A DNA stretch of 64,000 nucleotides, from assembly GCA_964016885.1 (NCBI GenBank), contig OZ024746.1:34906001-34970000 (forward strand), in the 5' to 3' direction. The position numbers and the translations under genes were made by a program. Shown here in pieces: positions 54,725-64,000 of the stretch; the first letter of the stretch is position 1, and each line of letters begins with the position of its first letter. This DNA is from Eledone cirrhosa. Lineage: Eukaryota. The notes below the pieces were generated by a model. It was not told where the DNA came from and ran no database searches. It saw nothing but the letters and a program-made list of their open reading frames with translations.

Positions 54725-57700
54725 GGCTCAGAAACAGAGAAGGCCCAATCACTCAGGCCATTTTCGCTTCATTCATCCACCTTTCAGTAAATTTACTGGG
54801 GTGCAGTGCCTCTCTCTCCACCCTGATTCTCCTTCTAATGTGATACTTAAAGAAGGGAATCAATTGTTGTCCGGAGAGAAAGGCATCTGTCCTCAGTCCT
54901 CTCAACCTCTTCCACCATATAACTTCTTTCACAATAGCCACCTTACAGAGGAAAACCGCCTCTCGTACGTTTTTGAAAGAGGCCTCTCGTTCGGTTTGAT
55001 CTTTACTATGGACTCGGCAGTCAACTGGATTTGTCCCATACGCGACAGCAGTTGTTCTGCATAGTTCCACAGGTCGGTTGCGCCCGGGCAGTGTTCAGTT
55101 GCGTGCAGGACTGTTTCAATGTCCTGCGCGTATCTTGGACACGTCCTCTTGGAAGGATCCCTGCCGGCGCGTCCGTGCCTGTAGATCTTGTTACAAACCG
55201 GTAGAGCTCATCGGTAGCACTGCCAGGCCAGGGACCTCTGGAAGTTGTCCATAGGACCCGGGCGGAAAGTCCTACCAAACAGACTGGTGAGCTAATCGTC
55301 TTCGACGCCCAGAGTCTCTCCGAGCACGACGTCTCCCTTGTAACGTACAATCCCTCTATAGAATGTCGAAGTGGAGTCTCCACTGATTGCTGCCCCCGCT
55401 TGCCAGAGGACTGTGAGAGCCTGAGCGCATTCAATGTGCCAGGCGGATATCGTTTTCGGTCTTTTCTTGACCCAGGACTTCCACTCCGTCAGCAAGACGA
55501 GCTGAGGGAAAGCCTGTCTCACAAACGGTGCCCACACCGGTTGGGGGTTGGTGAGGAATACCTGGAGATGCCACAGCCTCAGCGCATGTTTGCGCATCAT
55601 CAGCCACGGCATTCCCAGCCCTCTGTTGGAAGGGTGCTGACAGCAGACGGATCCCCTCACCAGTGGAGCCTGCTTCTTCCCCAGAAACTGGAAGAGCATG
55701 CGTTCCATCTTGGCGAGGTGTTCACGGGGACAAGGCACGATAGTCAAGCGGAAGTAGATGACGGACGCTATGAAAGTGTTCGCCACCTCCGCTCGACCTT
55801 TCAAGGACAGTTTGCACTCTGCCCATTTTTGGGTGAGTGCAAACACCTTGGCCGTGACCTCGTTCCAGTTTTTCTCCACCTGGAGGTCTGGACTGAACCA
55901 GACCCCAAGCAATTTCACAGGTCCATCACTCCAGCGTCCAACGACGCTGTCGGACGTCATCGGTTTGCCTCTCGACGTATCGAGTTGCAAACCGACAGAC
56001 TTGTCCGGGTTTAGTTTTGCTCCCGTCAGTGTTTCGTATTCTTTCAGTAAGTTGCCGATCACCCCGATTTCCGAGGTGCTCGACACCATTACCGTGACGT
56101 CGTGGGCATAAGCCGACGCCGCTTTCCGCAGTCCCGGTTCTAGAGGGATGCCCTGCAACAGCTCCAATTTCCGCAGTAGTGGCTCTAGAGTCAATACATA
56201 CAGAATGGATGAGAGAGGGCACCCTGTCGAATGGAACGCGTGATTGTGAACGGCTCCGATAGGTAGCCGTTCACTTTGACCCTCGAGCAGATGCTGGTGT
56301 GCATCGCCTCGATCCATCCTCTGAACACGGGACCGAAACCGGCTGCCTTGAGCACAATTCCAAGTATCGATGGTCGACCCTATCGAATGCCTTAGACTGA
56401 TCCAAGTTGATCAGAGCCCCACGGAACCCTTATAAGTTTAACGTGTGGAGACGATTCTGCCTTGACGAAAGTTTTGCCCTCCGTCTCCACCTTGGGGATT
56501 TGGGAGGTGGAGGTTGTCGTGTATGGACCTGGTCGGAATTGCACACGTTTGCGCTTTCCCTTTCAGGTTCTCGACGACAAGCGCCAACCTCGTCGCTAGC
56601 ACCTTGGCCAAAATCTTTAACTCTGTGTTGAGCAGTGTTATGGGCCTGAAGTTGTTAATTTCGTCTCCCTTGTTCTCATCTTTCCTGATCAGCGTTACTA
56701 CGCTCTTGCCTCCAGAACTGGGAATTCTCCCGTTCTGCTGCCAATTGCAGTAGTCGGCTTCGAGGACGCCAGTGAACAAGTCCGTCATGCCTATGTAAAA
56801 CTCGTAGGGTAGACCATCTAGACCGGGTGACTTGCGTTCCCGCAGTGGCCCAGAGCGTCCCGTATCTCAGTGTCCGTGATCGGTCTTCCGCAGAACTCGG
56901 CGTCCATGTTTGAGAGACGCAGCAGGCCGTCGAGGTATGAACTAAAGTCCATTGCCACGTTCGGCTCACCGTCGTTCTGCTCAAACAGTCGAGCAAAGTG
57001 CCGCTTTGGTCTTTCAAAGACCGAATTGTGGACTTGTTGCCACTTATTGCCTCCACCACTCGGGCGCAGCTGACAGCTTTCGCTCCAGCGTTTGCTAGAG
57101 CACGTGTTTTGCTTCTGACCACGCAGCTTTCGTGTTTCGCATCGTACAACTGGTCCAGTGCCGTTCTCGACGCTAACACTCTAGCCGCGTGGCCACTTCT
57201 AAGTGCCTCCTCTACCTTGGCTACTAGTTTTCTTTCTATTCTGTTTTTCTCTAGGCTAACTCTCTGCTATACCTTATCGATTCTATTCTGATTGCTTTCT
57301 TGAGAGAGTACCACCATTTATTGTTGACGATAGCTCCCGTTAACTGTTGCTTGACTAGTCTACTTATCCGTTCACTGTAAGCTTTACGCGCCGGCAATGA
57401 CACGTTCAGCTTCCAGTATCCGGGTCCCTGTCTATGTATTCTATCACCGTTGACTAAGCAGACGACTAACGTGTGATCTGAATAGGCAACCATGTGCATT
57501 CGTGGACAGCTTAACATCTCCTTGACCCTTTCTCTAATGAAGAACCTATCTAAATACGATCTAGATGTCCCACTGCGGTTTGCCCACGTCCACTGTGGTG
57601 CAGTCGGGAAATCCAGTCGATACCTATCGGCCAGTTGGAATTGGCCGATTAAAGTTTTGAGGCTGTTGCACCCCGCTCTAATTTGACATGCTCCCACATA

Positions 57701-58152
57701 GTCCCATCGTGTATTTAGGATACCATTCCAGTCCCCCACTAAAAGTAAGGAGCGAGATGTTCCCAGAAAAGACTCTAGACGCTTAAAGAAGTCTGGCCGT
57801 GATTGCAATTGCCCGGTCGGGGCACAAACGGCCACCAGTCTGAAGGCTCCACCTCCAATACTGTTCACGTCTAGGACTACCAGTCTACCCTCCGGGTCCA
57901 AGTGTACTTGCTGTACTTCGACGTCCAGCTTCTTCCGAAACATGACAGCCACTCCACCTCCACCTCCTGGCTGACAGAGAGATGCGTAGATCTCAAAGTC
58001 GTCGAAGATGGGGGTTAGTTGCTGCCTCTTGTGGATCCTGGACTCGGTGATGGCTATCACATCCATACTGTGTGACCTAACGTCAGTTGGCCCTGTTTCC
58101 AGGGCATCCCTAGGCCACGCACATTCAGGGTTCCAACTCGCAAACTAGCCAT
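54725..58152 (-). pseudogene. Tx1 ORF2 (APE endonuclease + RT), disrupted
   Basis: MASLRVGTLNVRGL, GDWN, SYLDRF, YSDH, GPGYWKLN, NFRPITLLN. The catalytic YADD is changed to YAHD. Confidence 0.9.
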
Positions 58153-58193
58153 GTTGGTGAAGAAAAGTTGGAGAAAAAGGACGAAAGGTGCAC

Positions 58194-60014
58194 TTACCTT
58201 TTCGTTTCCTGGAGATCGGGTTGTTCAATCTCCATTTGGGTGCTGGATGGGGTGTTGGGTGGGGTGGGGAAACATTTTAACAGGACGCCGTTGATGGGTT
58301 TGTGGCAGGGGTAGGTCACGTCCTGTGAAAATTTATTTTTTAGGTCATTATAGGTTTCCATAAAAACCCTTATAAGTTTAACGTGTGGAGACGATTCTGC
58401 CTTGACGAAAGTTTTGCCCTCCGTCTCCACCTTGGGGATTTGGGAGATGACCACCATCAAACTCTTGTTGTCTGTGTTGATGTATGCGTTTGTGTTTTTG
58501 TTGTTTTGTTTTAGTTTGTTGTTCGTCCGGGAGTTTTCTTTTATGGTGGGTGCTTGTGATTGGGGTGGTGTTGGTGCTGGTTTTGCTGATAGGGGGATGT
58601 TTGACTGTGGTGTTGTTTGTGTTGTTGTTTGTGTCTGTGGTTGTGTGTTGGTGTTGGTGATTGTAGTTTTTGGGGCTTTGTGGTGTCTCTTTTTTTCTTT
58701 TTTAGATGTCCGCAGTCCTCCCTCTTCTTCACTTAAAGAAGGAGAAGCAGCTTCATCCGTCGATGAATAATCATCGTCAGGTGTGTTAGGTAGGGTATGT
58801 TGTGTGGTGGTGGTGTTTCGGTGTGTGTGTTTGTGGTAGTGTTTGATGGAGTGGGATGGAGTCGGGATGTGTTCTTCAGGGGTGTTGTCTCTGTTTTTTT
58901 CTGTTGTTGTTGGTTGAGTGTCTGTTTGTTTTGGTGTGGTTGCTCGTTTCGTCTGTCGTTGTACTTGTGGTGGTGGTGGTGGTTGTTTTGGTGTTGGTGT
59001 TGGTAATAGTGTTTGTTTAATGATGTTGTTGTTGTGTGTTTGTGGGCAAGAGGCTTTTAGGTGTGCTGTGCTACCACATCGAAAGCAATGAAATGTTCGT
59101 CCTTCTACCGAAATGTTTATTTTGTTGTTATTATCGATGACGATGCTTTCGGGTATTTTGGAGATTCTCTCCGGTTTCATTTGCAACAGAATCTCCAAAT
59201 CTGTACCCGCCCACCTTTGTCGAATATATTTTCGTATCGAAAGAATCATATCAGTTTCTCGCTCTACGAAGCCAGCCAAGATCCACCAGATGTTAATGTT
59301 TGGCGGTATGTTCTGTTATTTTTATTTTTTGTGTCCTTTTTCCCATGTATGTAGGGAAAAAGGTGTATGCTTTATACACCATTGGTGTCATAGAATGTTT
59401 TTGGGCGAGTGCCTCGCTTTTAAACAGTACGGAAACACTTCCGTACTGTTTTACTCGCTGGAGAAAATCGACATTTGCTAGGATTTCCTTGAAAGTATCT
59501 TCTATATCTGCTTGGCTAAGACATGTCGGCTTTCTTGTGGAATTTGACACAGTCCTAAAGGTGACTGATCTGCGAATTGTGTCTTCCTTTATTTCAAGGG
59601 GTGAGTTAATTCTAAACCCACCTCTTTCTTCAAAAGTTACAAATTTTCTCCCTTGCTGGAGCATATCTTTTGCGTTGGAGATATCAAGATTTATAAAATC
59701 TTGTGTTTTGTTCACTGTTTCAGCTAAAGACATTTTCTTTTTTTTTTGTGTGGTGTTGCTGTTGTTGTTGTTGTTATCGTTGTTAGCCTCGGTGTTGGAA
59801 ATCTCAGTTCCTTGCCTAGGTGAAACACTATGTGTAGATGTAACTGTAGAGTTGTTGATGTCTTTTTCATGTGTATATATGTTAATGGGTTTAATTCCTG
59901 TGTTTTCCTGTGTGTTATTGTTATTTTTCTCCGCTTCGAGGGTAGAAATTTTAAAATCTTCAACTGGTAATATTTTTCCTCTTTGTTGACAGTCGTATCT
60001 ATGGCAACGTCCAT
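58194..60014 (-). pseudogene. Tx1 ORF1 (Gag-like), split by frameshifts
   Basis: Fragments 59724-60014, 59293-59733 and 58194-59279; CFRCGSTAHLKASC knuckle. Confidence 0.8.
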
Positions 60015-60315
60015 AGTAGCAGAAGCATATATAACGTTAATATCTGCCTATTTCTCTCTCTTTTCTCTATTAACGTTCTCCAGTGTTCTTGTGTTGCTCA
60101 AGTTATTTAGTTTGTAAAATCTGATATTTTAAAACAATTTTCAAAATAAAATGTTCGCTCCTACAGGGGCGAAAAATAAGATTACCACCCAGCTGACAAT
60201 TCAGCTTGAGGGTTAATCTACAAAATGTTATGTTTTTTCAAATAATTAGTTCGGTTTTTTGTATAGAAATTAACAAAAAAGCTAACCGGCGATGTTCCAC
60301 GCGTCAGACAGAAAT

Positions 60316-60372
<57 letters not shown>

Positions 60373-60380
60373 GATATATG

Positions 60381-63016
60381 TTTCTTTTATTTGCCACCAG
60401 GGCATCAAAAGTGGGACAAGTACAAAGGGGGGAGTTTACATAAAAAGGCGTCCTCAATGAGGAGGAGGCAATAACAAAATATAAAAATAAAATAAGATAT
60501 AACAAAAAATAAAATTTATAACAAAATCCTCAATAGAGAGGAGGCGCCTTGGGGGGTCGCACACACCCCCGAAAAAAGTGTGCAACCCTTCTCCTCAGGA
60601 GCACAGAGAAGGGGTGCTCCCTTGGTCTTTCATCTTCCTCACCTATAGTCTGGTGTAGAGTGAAGGCCCATTCACACGGGCCATTCTCGCCACTTTCACC
60701 CATCTTTCATAGAAACGGCTGGGGTGCAGCACCTCTCTCTCCATCCTGATCCTTCTTCCGAAATGATATCGGAAGAAACGGACCAGTTGTTGGCCAGAGA
60801 GAAAGGTGCCTGACCTCAGTCCTTTCAGACGCGTCCACCATACAACCACTTTCGCCATGGCTATTACGCACAGAAACACCGCCTCTGCTTCATCTTTGAG
60901 GGGGGGGGGGAGGCGGCTTGATCATTACGATAGACTCGGTGGTCAACCGGATCGGTCCCACCCTTGACAGCAGTTGTTCGACATAGCCCCACAGATCGGC
61001 TACGCCCGAGCAGTGTACCAATGCGTGTGCAACGGTTTCCTCGTCGCACACGCATCTGGGACAGATCTTTTTGGCGGGGTCCCTACCCGGGCGCCCGTGT
61101 CTGTAGAGCCTTTCTCGAACGGGTAAAGCCCCTCGGTAGCACTGCCAGGCCAGGGACTTCTGGAAGTTGTCCATAGGTCCCGGGCTGAATGCCCTACCGA
61201 ACAGGCTGGCCAGTTCGTCCTCCTCCATGTCTAGGGTTTCTCCGAGGGCGTCGTCGCACCTGCTGCGTACCAGCCCTCTATAGAATGTTGCGGTGGAGTC
61301 TCCACTGATAACCAGATCCGCCTGCCAGAGGGCGGTGAGCGCCCGGGCACACTCAGTGTGCCAGGCGCCCAGTTTTCTCGGTCTTTGCTTGACCCAGGAT
61401 TGCAGCTCGGTGAGTGAGACGAGTCTGGGAAAGGTTCGTCTCACAAACGAGGCCCGCACCGGTTGTCCGGTGAGGAATACGTAGAGGTGCCGTAGCCTTA
61501 ATGCGTGTTTACGCATCATTAGCCACGGCATCCCCAGCCCTTCTTTCGAAGGGTGTTGACAGCAGATGGATCTCCTCACCATAGGAGCCCGCCTCTTCCA
61601 AAGGAATTGGAAGAGCGCGCGCTCCATCTTGGTGAGGGTTTCCCTTGGGCAGGGCACTACGGTCAGGCGGTAGTAGATGACGGACGCTATGTAGGTGTTC
61701 GCCACCTCCGCCCGACCTTTCAGGGATAGTTTGCAACTGGCCCACTTCTGGGTCAGTGCAAACACCCTGTTCGTAACCTCCGCCCAGTTTTTCTCCACCT
61801 GGAGGTCCGGTCCGAACCAGACCCCGAGCAACTTCACCGGGCCCTCCGTCCAGCGTCCGACGACGCCATCGGAGGGCATCGGTCTGCCCCTCCACGTGCC
61901 GAGTTGCAAACCGATCGACTTGTCCCGGTTCAGCTTAGCCCCTGTGAACTTTTCGTACTCCTCCAGTAAGTTGCCGACCGCCTCGATTTCGGAGGCCGTC
62001 GACACCAATACTGTCACGTCATCGGCGTAGGCCGACACCGCTTTCCGCAATCCCGGTTCCAAAGGGATGCCCTGCAACAACTCCAACTTCCGCAGTAGTG
62101 GCTCGAGAGTCAACACATACAGAAGGGAGGAGAGAGGGCACCTTTGTCGGATGGACCGCGCGATTTTGAACGGCTCCGAGAGGTAGCCGTTCACCTTGAC
62201 CCTAGAGCAGATGCGGCTGCTGTGCATAGCAGTGATCCAGCCCCTGAAAACGGGTCTGAAGCCTGCCGCCGCTAGCACCGCATCCAGGTAACCATGGTCG
62301 ACCCTATCGAACGCCTTAGATTGATCCAAGTTGATCAGAGCCCCACCAAAGCCGGGTTCTTTCCCAACCCTCTCTATCATGTATCGCATGAGGTGGAGGT
62401 TGTCATGGATGGACCTGGACGGGATAGCGCATGTCTGCGCATCTCCCACCAGGTGGCCCACGACAAGCGCCAACCTCTTTGCTAGCACCTTGGCCAAAAT
62501 CTGTAACTCTGTATTTAGCAGAGTTATGGGCCTGAAGTTACTTATTTCGTCCCCCTTGTTCTCGTCCTTCCTCACTAGCGTGACTACGCCCTTGGTCACA
62601 GTACAGGGAATTCTCCCGTTCTGTTGCCAGTTGCAGTAGACCGCCTCGAGGAGATCGGGGAACAAGTCCGGCATAGCTAGATATAATTCGTAAGGAAGAC
62701 CATCGAGACCCGGGGATTTGCGTTTGCCGCATTGGCTCAGCACGTCCTCTATCTCAGCGGCCGAAATCGGCTCCTCGCAGGACTTCGCCTCCCTGTCCGA
62801 GAGGCGCGGCAGGCCGTCGAGGTATGGACCGAAGTCCACTTTCCCAACCGGCTCCCCGCCCCTCCCGAACAGTCGGGCAAAGTGCCTTTGAAAGGCCTCA
62901 CACATCTGCTTAGGCTCAAGAATCGCCCGTCCATGCAGGTCTCGCAAAGACCGGATGGTGGATTTAGTTCCACTGTTGGCCTCTGTCACGCGGGCCCAGC
63001 TAACAGCTTTGGTCCA
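60381..63016 (-). mobile_element. 5'-truncated Tx1-type LINE (related subfamily)
   Basis: Homologous to the adjacent element, with (GATA)n on both sides. Confidence 0.9.
60890..63016 (-). pseudogene. Tx1 RT ORF, open for about 700 codons, lacking the N-terminus
   Basis: KSPGLDG, NFRPITLLN, LDQSKAFD, SAYADD, CPRC..H..HC. Frameshift at the G-run near 60899-60910. The N-terminal residues in the ORF track come from the GATA flank. Confidence 0.9.
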
Positions 63017-63487
63017 GATAGATAAATAGATAGATAGATAGATAGATTCATTTATCACATTCTGATTTAAAAAGGGCAAAACTATCTTAAATCACTCGTG
63101 TCTATGCTATCTCCAAATCTATCTCACATTTTTCCCTATATTCACCCGTCTCCCTCCCTTTATTTCATACATTCTAGTGCACTTCAACCACTGCTCCAAA
63201 CACATTCACACAACAAATACGCATATACGCTCACATATGCTCAGAAACACACACATTTATGCATAAATACATACACATATTATATAAATACACAGGTGTG
63301 TATGCGTGTGTATGAGGGAGAGAGAGAGAGAGACTGAGAGAGAGAAATAGAGAGACACAGGGGGGAAAGAGAGACTGAGAGAAAAATAATATATTTTCAG
63401 TAAAGAACTGACCAAAAGTGAAATTAGGTAGTCAATACATTAAGTAGAAAGTCTATATAATCTATTTCAGATCCTTCACATTCATTC

Positions 63488-63538
63488 GGTTTTCCTGATG
63501 ATTTCGATTGAACGAAAACGTGCTAGTCCTGTAAACAT
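63488..63538 (+). ncRNA. Decayed hammerhead motif, family E
   Basis: CTGATGA-tttc gatt gaac-GAAA..ctagtcctg-TA. Stems I and III are disrupted. Confidence 0.35.
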
Positions 63539-63842
63539 TTTTTACATCTGAATTTAGTTAAGGTCATATACGAAAGTAGAACCCATTCAGCGATTGATAT
63601 TCATAAACACACACATATACACACAGGCCACACACACACACCCACACCCAATATTTTCACTAGCTTTGGCAGGTAAGCAGTATACGGTACTGATGAAGAG
63701 TAACAACCCAGAAACATTATTTTTTGCCGTTCTGTTTATATTCCAACACAAGAGCAAGAATGACGGTGTCATTCTACTGAAATGACTTCTTGAGGATGTT
63801 TGGATGACTGCAAACGAATCGAATATTATTATTAACATTTGT

Positions 63843-64000
63843 AGGCGGTAGAATGGCAGTATCGGTAGAGAGTCGGACGCCATGCTTTGCAGCAAAGAGT
63901 TACGGCCCTTTATGATCTGAGTTCAAATCCCGCCGAGGTTAACTTTACCTTTCATCCTTATGGGGTCGATAAAATAAAGTACCAGTAATACCCTTGGGTT
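63843..64000 (+). mobile_element. tRNA-derived SINE family 1 (runs off the window end)
   Basis: A-box-like tggcagtatcgg, B box gagttcaaatccc, and core ctttcatccttatggggtcgataaaataaagtaccag. Confidence 0.85.

Larger units (their letters stand above)
54486..60317 (-). mobile_element. Near full-length Tx1-type (L1 group) LINE, frameshifted
   Basis: ORF1 has a CCHC knuckle; ORF2 has APE, RT and a C-terminal Cys/His motif. AATAAA tail. (GATA)n lies at both ends. Confidence 0.9.

Noticed and set aside
59300-59989. 229-aa plus-strand ORF and other antisense ORFs over the LINEs
   Set aside because: They are shadows of the minus-strand retroelement ORFs.

Overview
AT-rich eukaryotic repeat DNA, dense in (TA)n, (CA)n, (GA)n, (GATA)n and (CATA)n microsatellites. 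I can support no host protein-coding gene; nearly all short ORFs in the track are microsatellite translations. The SINE and repeat style suggests an octopus-like cephalopod (inference). Recognisable elements: a near-intact Penelope-like element of the Naiad type (RT + GIY-YIG, partial tandem, 1-4108); an R4/Dong-type RLE LINE in (CATA)n; two Tx1-type LINEs in tandem in (GATA)n; RTE 3' ends; many tRNA-derived SINEs; and two Tc1/mariner-type MITEs. The main hidden signal is non-coding. About 18 type I hammerhead ribozyme (HHR) motifs from about nine sequence families can be folded by hand. Most have palindromic loop III, and many sit in fold-back pairs. They include a 484-bp retrozyme-like tandem unit and an HHR with a compensatory U3-A8 core inside a 2.2-kb fold-back element. 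All folds and coordinates were read by eye, and no activity is demonstrated.
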